Of a DNA stretch of 64,000 nucleotides, positions 30,490 through 39,220 are shown piece after piece; position 1 is the first letter of the stretch, and each line of letters opens with the position of its first letter. A model generated the notes under the pieces. It was not told the origin of the DNA and searched no databases. It saw nothing but the letters and a program-made list of their open reading frames with translations. The stretch spans positions 53,288 to 117,287 of the forward strand of contig QHYR01000253.1 of NCBI GenBank assembly GCA_003223315.1. Direction: 5' to 3'. This DNA is from Acidobacteriota bacterium. GTDB lineage: Bacteria; Acidobacteriota; Terriglobia; Acidiferrales; UBA7541. Made by a program: the position numbers and the translations under genes.

Positions 30490-30735
30490 TGATTGTGGTG
30501 CACCGATCAGCAGACTTCAAATGCCCGGCATCGACGTAAATGGCACGCTGTCTAGGAACACGAAGCTGGCACCGCTCACGCCGAGGGGACATGCACGGCG
30601 GGGAAATCGCCACTTAACAGCAGATCGAGCAACAACTGCGCGTCGCGTCGGTCGTTCTTCTGTCGCCGCCGGGCGAACTGACGGATCGCTTGGGCATCTC
30701 CGACGACCAACTGATGGCCGGTCTCTCCTGTGAAT
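30490..30735 (-). pseudogene. IS110-family transposase fragment
   Basis: Minus-strand translation ...GHQLVVGDAQAIRQFARRRQKNDRRDAQLLLDLLLSGDFPAVHVPS resembles the IS110 N-domain segment. It is bounded by stops and a frameshift, with no DEDD N-terminus or C-domain. Confidence 0.45.
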
Positions 30736-30906
30736 CAGACGCTCCAGAGCACTAAGGGAAACACCTGTCCCGATATTACGGTGTTCCGTGGGTTGTCAAG
30801 TAAGCGGGTCAATTATATGCAATTGCTGAGATGCGCCGGTTACAGGACTTCTAGGACGGAGACCCATTCCAGTGAGTAAAATCTTCCGTACTTGAAGGCA
30901 GACGCT

Positions 30907-31239
30907 ATGCCATTCGACCCCAGCCCAAAGAAGCAAAGCCAGATCCCTGCCCAAGACCTCCGGTCAGAAGAGCGGATTTCAGCGAACGAACCGGTGCAGC
31001 TGTCCAGCGTGGATCAGTCGGTCACTGAATCTACTCGCACGCAAGACATCAGTCCTCATGGCGCTCGCGTGATCACCCACCGGATTTGGCGGCCGGGAGG
31101 CCGCCTGCTGATCCGCTCTCTCAGAAGCGACTTCTGGGCTGAGGCGCGTGTGGTTTACTGGCGGTCCTTCGCAAGCAGCACATTTGCGATTGGAGTGGAG
31201 TTCCTCAAACAGGCAGGTAATTGGCAGACGCAGTATTAG
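30907..31239 (+). CDS. PilZ-domain protein (putative c-di-GMP receptor)
   Basis: RSEER (RxxxR) and DISPHG (DxSxxG) lie at the canonical spacing. The product is about 110 aa. Confidence 0.7.
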   Translation: MPFDPSPKKQSQIPAQDLRSEERISANEPVQLSSVDQSVTESTRTQDISPHGARVITHRIWRPGGRLLIRSLRSDFWAEARVVYWRSFASSTFAIGVEFLKQAGNWQTQY

Positions 31240-31448
31240 CGGCCGGCCAGGGAGACGAAGAAACTGACGCGCCAGACGGCACTTCCACAATTCGGTTGTG
31301 TCCGGATGATGACATAACGACGCCGGCCTCGCGACGGTCCGAGTAGGTGCCCAACATCGCCAACGTTTGCTGGCGAGTGTGCAAGTCACATTATAATTTG
31401 CATCTCGGCCTCCTTCGGTCCGAGCGCTGACTCACGCGCCTGTGCATC

Positions 31449-31655
31449 TCAGTCTAATTCGATTTTCACCAAGCCTTCCAAACCAAGGTCGCGGAGGGCT
31501 TGGCGTAATTCCATCTCAACGTGGCGGACATCTTGTGAACGCACCATCAATGAGGCATTCAGACCAAGTATTAGGTCCTGGCCAGACGAACGCAGCTTCG
31601 GTAGCAGCTTGGTGCCGAGTTTGTTCCACTGCTCTGGCGGGATAGATCCTCGCAA
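31449..31655 (-). other. Orphan C-terminal ORF fragment (68 codons), unknown family
   Basis: The reading frame opens only about 15 codons upstream, after a TGA. ...LSLRGSIPPEQWNKLGTKLLPKLRSSGQDL...LRQALRDLGLEGLVKIELD looks like the tail of a larger protein. Confidence 0.3.
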
Positions 31656-31723
31656 CGAAAGACGAACGAGTCGCAGGAAGGATGTTTGATCTCAGGGGTC
31701 GGTGTCTGAGGTCAGGACGCGGT

Positions 31724-32305
31724 TCACTTGTGCTGGCTAACGGCGCCACAGCGTTCACAGATAAAAGACCGATCCCACTGCGCGTATTGTCGCGGGTAGC
31801 TAGAGTGGTTGTGCTTCCAATAGACAAGAAAAAGGACAACAAAAACACCAGCAGAGAGCAAAGAATAGATCGTCAAAGGAACTGAAGAAACAGACGAAGC
31901 ATTCCTCGTAATGGTATTTACATAAAACACTATCCAACCGACCAATAAGAACACCAAGACCGACCAACCAAAAAGCCTTAGATAGGACCATTTCTTCGGG
32001 GGAGTAAGCGCTCTCGAGATCTCCGTCTGCTGTGTCCCTTTCGTTGTCGCTCTGCCCACAACCACATCAGGCCCCTCAGTCCCGACCACGACGCCGCGTA
32101 CTCGCGTGCGCGTGCTCACGCGCTGAAGTCCCTCTTGGTAAGCCAGAGATACTTTCTTGAGGTCAGTGCTATTGCAATTCGGGCAGTGCAAGTCCATCTT
32201 GTCACCCCTTGCTGCCCCATTCCGATATGGGTCTATACCCATTCTGATTACTTCTCTGCGCACGCGGTTGCCCGTATACTCCGCGCTCTTAGACAAGGTC
32301 CGCAT
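31724..32305 (-). CDS. Membrane protein with N- and C-terminal zinc-ribbon motifs
   Basis: CPNCNS near the N-terminus, two TM segments, and CERCG near the C-terminus. The start overlaps the XRE stop as TAATG, which suggests coupling. Confidence 0.55.
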   Translation of the reverse strand: MRTLSKSAEYTGNRVRREVIRMGIDPYRNGAARGDKMDLHCPNCNSTDLKKVSLAYQEGLQRVSTRTRVRGVVVGTEGPDVVVGRATTKGTQQTEISRALTPPKKWSYLRLFGWSVLVFLLVGWIVFYVNTITRNASSVSSVPLTIYSLLSAGVFVVLFLVYWKHNHSSYPRQYAQWDRSFICERCGAVSQHK

Positions 32306-32703
32306 TACAGCTTTCCTCCTTGGCGACCAGCAACGTGTCGGGACATTTTCTGAGCCATGAAGAGGAGTAGCCGCCGGTCCCCCTCATCCATACGGCTGAG
32401 CTGTCGGCGGAGTTGGTTGAAGAGGCGAGCATCTTTGCCGGAGCTGCCCCAGGCAATGTGATCTGCCGTCCGCCGCTTCGGAAGATTTGGGAGCGGCGGC
32501 GGCTCCTCGCCGTCGTAGAACAGTTGATAAAGGGGAACTTCGAGCGCCCGCGCCATCTTTTCCAAGGTCTCGATGGCCGGAACCGTGTGGCCGTTTTCAA
32601 CACGAGAAATGTAGCAACGAAGCAAGCCCGTCCGCTTTTCGATGTCCCCTTGGGAGAGTTTCTTCTCTTCACGTACAGCACGTAAGCGGTCACCGATAAT
32701 CAT
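32305..32703 (-). CDS. XRE-family HTH regulator
   Basis: MIIGDRLRAVREEKKLSQGDIEKRTGLLRCYISRVENGHTVPAIETLEKMARAL.... ATG 32703 was chosen over the longer ORF start. Confidence 0.85.
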   Translation of the reverse strand: MIIGDRLRAVREEKKLSQGDIEKRTGLLRCYISRVENGHTVPAIETLEKMARALEVPLYQLFYDGEEPPPLPNLPKRRTADHIAWGSSGKDARLFNQLRRQLSRMDEGDRRLLLFMAQKMSRHVAGRQGGKL

Positions 32704-32959
32704 CTTGACCCTACTTTCTTGCTCCGACCACTCCACGGAAGATGACTGTAACTCTGCTCGAAACATCTCTCAACAAATTTCGGCTGACCATCAGGCGACG
32801 CTTTGGTTCGTCCTCCTCTTCTCGTCGCTTCGAGATTGCCGCGTCCCGGCGTGAAAGACGCCCGCCTCCGGTCTCCACTAGCACGCTTCGCACCACGAAA
32901 AACCTGTGTCACTCACGCGTGCGGCTCGTTCCGCCCTGGACGCGCCAATCTCTCCGCTT

Positions 32960-33034
32960 CTGTCCTCTGTTTCGCGTCCTTGCTCCCTCGGCGCGGGGTG
33001 AAGGGAGCAAGGACTCCCCGAAACAGGAGGACAG
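32960..33034. promoter_or_regulatory. 75-nt imperfect palindrome covering the ardC ribosome-binding site
   Basis: The inner perfect 13-bp stem is GTCCTTGCTCCCT (32976-32988) / AGGGAGCAAGGAC (33002-33014). The outer arms are CTGTCCTCTGTTTCG (32960-32974) / CGAAACAGGAGGACAG (33019-33034) with a 1-nt bulge. AGGAGG at 33025-33030 lies inside the right arm. Confidence 0.6.
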
Positions 33035-33039
33035 AAAAC

Positions 33040-33172
33040 ATGAAAGTCGAACAAGCAAAGCAGATCGCAAGCAAGGCCATCGAGCAACTCAGTCAGGCCC
33101 TCGAAAGGGGCCACAGTGAGACGCTGAGGGAATACCTCGCTGCAATGGCGCGGTTCCATCGCTACAGCTTGC
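33040..33172 (+). pseudogene. ardC: ArdC-like antirestriction protein (ssDNA-binding N-domain + metalloprotease), 5' part, interrupted
   Basis: MKVEQAKQIASKAIEQLSQALERGHSETLREYLAAMARFHRYSL, then unrelated sequence. It continues at 38182. Confidence 0.75.
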
Positions 33173-33339
33173 TATGTGTTCCTCAACATAGAAACGAGAA
33201 TGTGAATAGCTGGACTATGTGAATTCAGCTTCAAGGTCACTCCGGAACGCCCACTCAATTCGACGTATCTGCGTTGCAGCGATTGACATAATCCGGCCAC
33301 ACTTCTCCGGCTCGGCAGCTAGCCGAGAGGAGGAGCGCG

Positions 33340-34257
33340 ATGAATCAGTCCATCACTACCGGTTGTTCCATCCCAGATTTCTGCTCGCAGTATGGAGACT
33401 ATCTTTTTCGTGTTCGCGGATTGGCGGCTTCCACCCGGAAGCTGCATCGACACGTCGTTTGCAGGTTCCTCACGTTTCGATTTCCAGACGGAAAAATCAT
33501 CGTGAGCGACCTTCGGTTCAGTGACCTTGTGGATTTCCTGAAAGAGGAGTTCGCACGGCTATCAAGCCGGGAGACTCAGAGAGCTTGGCTGATGATTCTG
33601 AGAAGTGTGCTCCGGTATCTCTCAGAAGCCGGACAGATTCCCAAAGGCTGGGAAGGAGCTTTACCCAAAGTCGCCAATCATAGTTATGCACGTCTACCAA
33701 AGAATCTCTCGCAGGATCAGGCTAACGCTCTTCGTGCCGCATGCCGCGGGGGAAAACCGAGACACTTTCGCAACCGAGCTCTATTGCTTTTGTTTTTGCG
33801 TCTCGGACTACGCGTGCAGGAGGTGGCTGGTCTTACTCCGAGCGACATCGACTGGAAAAATGGCTACCTGAAAGTTCGCTGCACGAAAACGTACAATGAT
33901 CGCATCCTCCCTCTTCCGCAGGATGTGGGCCGAGGGCTCGTCGCTCATCTACGCAAGTGTCGCAGCCACCCCGAACGAATATTTGAGCCGCTGAGGCCGC
34001 CGTTCACGGCAGAACGCAGCTACACCCATGTTCTCAACTCAATTCGCTACGTTTTTGGGCTGGCGGGTATCAATGACCACGGTGCGCATTCTCTTCGCCA
34101 CACCGCTGCCACAGAGATGGTGAACGCCGGCGCATCTTTCAAGGATGTCGCTGACGTGCTCGGGCATAAGTCCGTCACGACAACATTCATCTACGCCAAG
34201 CTCGATATGAAATCATTGATGCGCGTCGCACTGCCCTGGCCCGGAGGTGCGCGATGA
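33340..34257 (+). CDS. Tyrosine recombinase, first of trio
   Basis: 305 aa, with ...HSLRHTAATEMVNAGASFKDVADVLGHKSVTTTFIYAK. Confidence 0.85.
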   Translation: MNQSITTGCSIPDFCSQYGDYLFRVRGLAASTRKLHRHVVCRFLTFRFPDGKIIVSDLRFSDLVDFLKEEFARLSSRETQRAWLMILRSVLRYLSEAGQIPKGWEGALPKVANHSYARLPKNLSQDQANALRAACRGGKPRHFRNRALLLLFLRLGLRVQEVAGLTPSDIDWKNGYLKVRCTKTYNDRILPLPQDVGRGLVAHLRKCRSHPERIFEPLRPPFTAERSYTHVLNSIRYVFGLAGINDHGAHSLRHTAATEMVNAGASFKDVADVLGHKSVTTTFIYAKLDMKSLMRVALPWPGGAR

Positions 34258-35243
34258 ACATCACGAATTTGTCGGCATACCTGGAAGAGTTCTTGGCGTT
34301 AAAACGTACGATGGCCGAGGCGGAACCGCATTACGATGCGTTCGACCGCAGATCGCTACGCCACAAAGAGAAACTTCTCAGGAACTTCCTTGCTTTCTGG
34401 AATCATCATGGCTGTCCCTGGCCGATTCGTGCCGCACATGTTCTCGATTGGCTAGCTGCCGAGAGTCATCCGCAGCATCCATACCGAGGCCAACATCGTT
34501 TCTATGTCCTGCGGGCATTCTTACAACAAGTACGCGCTTTCGAACCTGAGACGGAAGTGCCAGACAAAATATTCAAGTTCCGACGGCCTCGACGGACACC
34601 CCACATATTCTCTGAGCGCGAAATTGTGCTGTTGATGCGGGCAACGCGGCATCTCCGCCTATTTGAGACTTTTCGTCCGCTGACTCTCCGCACCATGATT
34701 GGGCTGTTGGCGAGCACCGGTCTGCGCATTGGGGAAGTCCTCAGACTCAAAAGCGAGGACGCCAAGTTAACAGCCAATCCGCCCTTTCTGTTGATCTATG
34801 AAACGAAGTTTGGCAAGTCGCGAAATGTTGCTCTGCATCCAACAACGGCCCACCGCTTGAGAAGATATCTCGTCAAACGAGGAGAAGTTTTAGAGAACCG
34901 ACTGGCCAAGACCTTCTTCACAAATGTCTCAGGCAAGCCGCTTGGGTACGCCTCAACCCGCTCCACGTTTCGGAGGTTGCTGAAGCATGCCGGTATTCAG
35001 TCGGTTCCAGGACAGCGAGCTCCGTCGCTTCATTCGTTTAGGCACACGTTCACGGTAACGAGGCTCACAAGATGGCATCTTGAACGGAGAAATGTCCAGG
35101 AGTTGCTACCTCATCTGTCGGTGTACCTCGGCCATGTTGGACCGGAAAACACCTATTGGTACATGACCGCTACACCAGAACTACTCCAAACAGCTGCTGC
35201 GCTCTTCGATCGGCAGCAAAGCCAAGGAGCAGCCAACCCATGA
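34254..35243 (+). CDS. Tyrosine recombinase, second of trio
   Basis: 329 aa, with ...HSFRHTFTVTRL...YLGHVGPENTYWYM. ATGA overlap with the first gene. Confidence 0.85.
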   Translation: MNITNLSAYLEEFLALKRTMAEAEPHYDAFDRRSLRHKEKLLRNFLAFWNHHGCPWPIRAAHVLDWLAAESHPQHPYRGQHRFYVLRAFLQQVRAFEPETEVPDKIFKFRRPRRTPHIFSEREIVLLMRATRHLRLFETFRPLTLRTMIGLLASTGLRIGEVLRLKSEDAKLTANPPFLLIYETKFGKSRNVALHPTTAHRLRRYLVKRGEVLENRLAKTFFTNVSGKPLGYASTRSTFRRLLKHAGIQSVPGQRAPSLHSFRHTFTVTRLTRWHLERRNVQELLPHLSVYLGHVGPENTYWYMTATPELLQTAAALFDRQQSQGAANP

Positions 35244-36238
35244 CCACACCCGCCCTTGTCGGACCATATCTTCAGCTCTTCTTCACGGACCATCTCGTTG
35301 CGCAAAGACGCCTCAGTCCGCAGACGATTGCGAGCTATCGTGATACCTTTCGCTTGCTGCTGCAATTTGTGCACCGTGAAGCGCGTATCGAACCAGCATC
35401 CCTGTCGATACCGGAACTGCATGCGGACAGAATCCTAGATTTCCTCGACTACGTAGAGAAGGAACGCAATAACACAATTGCCTCGCGCAACTTGCGGCTT
35501 ACAGCGATACGCTCGTTTTACCGTATGGTTGCCCTCCGCGACCCGGCGAGTGTGGGAATCGTAACGCGCGTACTCGCGATTCCGCTCAAGCGTGCGGACA
35601 CCAAAGTGCGCTCGTACTTAACGCGCGAAGAAATGGATTCGATCCTTACAGTGTTGGACCGAAACCAATGGTGTGGGCGACGAGACTATGCCTTGCTTCT
35701 CACCATGTACAACACGGGCGCTCGTGTCTCAGAAATATCCTTTCTTCACCAGAATCAAGTGAACTTCGGAACAAAGAGCTACGTTCAGTTGCATGGCAAG
35801 GGACGGAAGGAGCGCTTGATCCCCCTCTGGCCCAGGACTGCCCGAATTTTGAAAGAGTGGTTCCGGGAGACTGGCCCGCGGGATAGTGCCGTCGCATTTC
35901 CCAATGTTCGTGGCGAACCGCTTTCAAGGTTTGCTATCCACCTCTTACTCCGCAAAGCAGCCCATCAAGCTGCCTCCCATTCTGTAAGCCTCAAACGAAA
36001 ACGAGTCTCTCCTCATGTGGTCCGGCACGGGACGGCGATGGCGCTACTCCAGTCGGGTGTGGATATTGCTGTCATCGCGCTCTGGCTGGGCCACGAAAGT
36101 ATAGAAACAACCAACGCCTACTTGCATGCAAATCTCGCGATGAAGGAAAAGGCCCTTGAAAAGGTCCTGCCGATGGATACACCATTCAGACGATTCCATG
36201 CAGACGACCGCTTGTTGGCGTTCTTGGAATCGATCTAA
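35240..36238 (+). CDS. Tyrosine recombinase, third of trio
   Basis: ATG 35240 overlaps the preceding stop as ATGA. MTTPALVGPYLQLFFTDHL...SYRDTF...HVVRHGTAMALLQSGVDIAVIALWLGHESIETTNAYLHA. Confidence 0.85.
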   Translation: MTTPALVGPYLQLFFTDHLVAQRRLSPQTIASYRDTFRLLLQFVHREARIEPASLSIPELHADRILDFLDYVEKERNNTIASRNLRLTAIRSFYRMVALRDPASVGIVTRVLAIPLKRADTKVRSYLTREEMDSILTVLDRNQWCGRRDYALLLTMYNTGARVSEISFLHQNQVNFGTKSYVQLHGKGRKERLIPLWPRTARILKEWFRETGPRDSAVAFPNVRGEPLSRFAIHLLLRKAAHQAASHSVSLKRKRVSPHVVRHGTAMALLQSGVDIAVIALWLGHESIETTNAYLHANLAMKEKALEKVLPMDTPFRRFHADDRLLAFLESI

Positions 36239-36250
36239 CGACATTGACTG

Positions 36251-36272
36251 AGGGGCGCGAAACCGTGCGCCC
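36251..36272 (+). terminator. Possible terminator hairpin after the recombinase trio
   Basis: GGGGCGC-gaaaccgt-GCGCCCC lies 13 nt after the stop. Only a weak T tract (AACTTT) follows. Confidence 0.35.
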
Positions 36273-36431
36273 CAACTTTCATGTCTCGCAGCAGGTTAAT
36301 AGACACTTCGCGACTAGGCGCGGTCTATTTCCCCCAGCCCCGTTGGGGGCCGGCGACGGGCACTTGTCCGGTTAGACTCCACAGGAGTTGGCAAAGACTG
36401 CCCGGGCATTGAATAGCCATCGCGGGGAACA

Positions 36432-37788
36432 CTAGCGCCGAACTTCCAAGCGGTTGAAGGGGTACTCCGCGATCCAGTGGAAGCGGGAATTCGCGAGGAG
36501 GAACTTGTTGCGGTCAACTAAACGGAGTTGCATGTGTATCATGTGGTTGTCCACCTCGCCATCGAGGGTCAGTTGATCCGGCGCGGGGCGTTGGAAGGTG
36601 AACTTGGCCCTCCAGTCCTTATCGTTGGTCTTTGTTAGCGCGATGGTTCTGTCGTTGAGGTTGATCGTGGCGCCGTAGCCGACGAACGAATCGTCCATGC
36701 GCTGAAAGTTTACGCTGGCGGGAAAGTCAAAGATGACGCGACGCCAGCGGTCATAATCGGTGAGGAGCGGCGAGCGGACTTGACCGTTAACGGAGAGCTG
36801 GTCCACGTTCCAGATGCCGTAGAACGACGATTTGGGACGTCCGCCGCCGTAAGCGTACCAAATGCTCCAACTCGTGTAGATATTCGTTCCCACAAGATAG
36901 ATAGCAAAGATGAGCTGCGCGCCCAGCGCGATACGGTTAGCGCGGCGCGTGCGGAAGAGTTGCGGCTGCGCGGAAGAGTTGCGGCTGCATGGAAGGTTCG
37001 ACGGGCCGATTTAGGAAGAAGAAGTTAACGAGACGCGGAAGCTCGGGAACAAGAAGGAACAAACACATCAGGATCAGGTGGAACGAGAGGAGTTTTACGG
37101 GGACGTCATAGGTCATGTTGAGCAGGAACACGTATGTCAGGTCGGCCAGGCAAATTAGCATCCCGAGCATCGTCGCACCAGGGACAATCAACAGAATTCC
37201 ACCCAGCATTTCAGCGCATCCGGCGAAGATTTCATAGACAGGAGAGGCACCGACGAAATTCCAGAGGACGCCCATAGGCGAGAAGTTGCCGAAAGGCTCG
37301 ACGAATCTAGTGAGAAATGGGAAGGGCATTTGTTGTGGAAAGACCTTAACCATTCCGTAGGAGAACATTGCGGAGGCAAGGGCAAAGCGAATGAAAAGGC
37401 GAAACCATTTGTCCAGCGTGACGTAATTGTCGCGCTGGCGGTCAAGAACAGACCAGATGCCGGTTGCCAGCACCACAAGGACCAGCAGGCAGAATGTTTC
37501 CACCCAATTGAAGGTTTTGTCGCCGCTTCCACTGCCCGTGTAAACCAGTGGGTGCGTGATGCCGAAAATATGCGCGGCGGTCCAGAGGGTGATCTGGCGC
37601 ATTGGCCACAGCGTAGCGGGGTCAACCGAAAACTTGGTGATGAGAAACAGTCCGCCGAGGATTTGAGAGGTGAGGCAGTACAGTCCAAAGTACGAAAAGC
37701 AGAAGCGGGAGGTGAGCCGCTTCACGAAGCTCCAATGCGGAACCTGCGTTTCTCGCGAGCGTTCTTCGATCTGGCTCTGAGTGCCCAT
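36432..37788 (-). pseudogene. DoxX-like polytopic membrane protein with C-terminal soluble domain, frameshifted by a 19-bp tandem duplication
   Basis: ORFs 36937-37788 (membrane part) and 36432-36893 (C-domain) fuse in frame (...PQLFRTRRANRIALGAQLIFAIYLVGTNIYTSW...) if one copy of the 19-bp duplication is deleted. Confidence 0.7.
36951..36988. repeat. Perfect 19-bp tandem duplication GCGGAAGAGTTGCGGCTGC x2
   Basis: 36951-36969 is identical to 36970-36988. Because 19 is not a multiple of 3, the duplication creates the stop at 36937. Confidence 0.95.
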
Positions 37789-38181
37789 GGGACCTCCATG
37801 ACCGGACCAAGTGACAACAGTCAGTCTACATCACAGCTACGGACGCCATAACTGCCGAGAAACGCGCAAACAGGCCAAGTGAAATCGAGCCGAATGCCCC
37901 AGAGGTCCCGTTGCGGAAGGTGAAGAAATCGATGGTTCCGCACGATGGGTCCTCGCCGACGCGGCAGTGTTGATTGACCGCTCGCTGCTACTTCGCGGAA
38001 AGTCGATGTGCTAGAAAAGATCGCCGATAAGTATGGCTCTACAACTCTCGGGTTCATCTCACAGATTGCCAACGTTCTTGAGATCCCTCTCACTACGTTG
38101 ACCCTGGAGCGCAAAAAGATGCACGCTACCTTCCTTTTCTTTCTCCAATTAACATAGTAGGGCAATTCACATTCAGCTTGC

Positions 38182-38849
38182 ACAACATTATGCTCATCGC
38201 ATCCCAGAGGCCAGACGCTACCCACGTCGCCGGATTTCAGACCTGGAAGCAACTTGGACGTTTCGTAAAGAAGGGCGCAAAGGGAATCTTGATTCTTGCG
38301 CCGGTGCTGCTGCACAAGGACGCGGAGGCATCCGACCGAGAGGAAGGCACCGAAAGGCCAGTGGTGCACTTTCGCGCGGTTTACGTGTTCGATGTTGCCG
38401 ATACAGACGGTAAGCCACTGCCCGAACTCGGAAATGCTGACGGCGATCCGTCCGGCCACACGGAACGGCTAAAGGAATTCATCGCGAGCCGTGGAATCCA
38501 ACTTGAATACTCAGACACGATCTATCCGGCGCAGGGTCAATACTCACCTGGAAAGATTGTGCTGCTGCCCGGTCAATGTGCGGCAGAGGAATTTGCTACG
38601 TTGGCCCATGAGACGGGACACGCGCTCCTTCACGGCCAGGATCGACGCAGCTAGACGACGAAGCGTGTCCGTGAGACAGAGGCGGAAGCCGTTGCATTTG
38701 TCGTCTGCGAAGCCATCGGCCTCAAAGCCCAAAATTCCGCTGACTACATCCAACTCTATTCCGGCGACAAGGAGACGCTGGCAGAATCGCTGGAGCACGT
38801 ACAGCGTGCCAGCGCAGAGATTCTTGCCGCTATCACGCCGACCGACTAA
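38182..38849 (+). pseudogene. ardC: ArdC-like protein, 3' part, with additional in-frame TAG
   Basis: HNIMLIASQRPDATHVAGFQTWKQLGRFVKKGAKGILILAP...LAHETGHALLHG (HExxH). TAG at 38652-38654 is followed, in the same frame, by ...RETEAEAVAFVVCEAIGL... to TAA 38847-38849. Confidence 0.75.
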
Positions 38850-39220
38850 ACCAACTTGCAAGTGGGAGGCTCGCTTCGGCGAGCCTCCCGTTATCCCTTG
38901 CTCACTCGGGTGCGCCTGGCTCGCAGTTTTCGCCTCCCTTTGACGCGAGAGCCTTGTCTGGGGGCACGCTGGACGATGTTTGCTTCCCACGAGCGGTGCT
39001 TTGGCGTTACCGGTCTCTGACACAGACGTGTCACGCTTCGCGCCGGGCCTCCGCTCGCAAACTCTCGCGCCAGCCGTAAACACGTCTCCTGTCACTCGCG
39101 TTGCCATCCGCTTCGCCCCAGACCAGCAGCGCCTCCGCAGACAGTTCTTTCCGTGCCGGAATTTGTTCCCTCTGTCTTCGCGTGAAGGGAAGCAAATCCG
39201 ACACGAAAGAGAGAACTAAA

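Larger units (their letters stand above)
33173..38173 (+). mobile_element. Recombinase-in-trio (RIT-type) element with cargo, inserted in ardC
   Basis: Three tandem, translationally coupled tyrosine recombinase genes. An 8-bp direct repeat CAGCTTGC sits at both junctions (33165-33172 and 38174-38181). Removing the insert plus one repeat restores ...RFHRYSLHNIMLIASQ.... An imperfect 27-nt IR pairs 33198-33224 with 38147-38173. Confidence 0.75.

Noticed and set aside
37821-38459. 212-aa minus-strand ORF.
   Set aside because: It runs across the RIT/ardC junction at 38174 and antisense to conserved ardC sequence. It cannot predate the insertion, and no motif is present.
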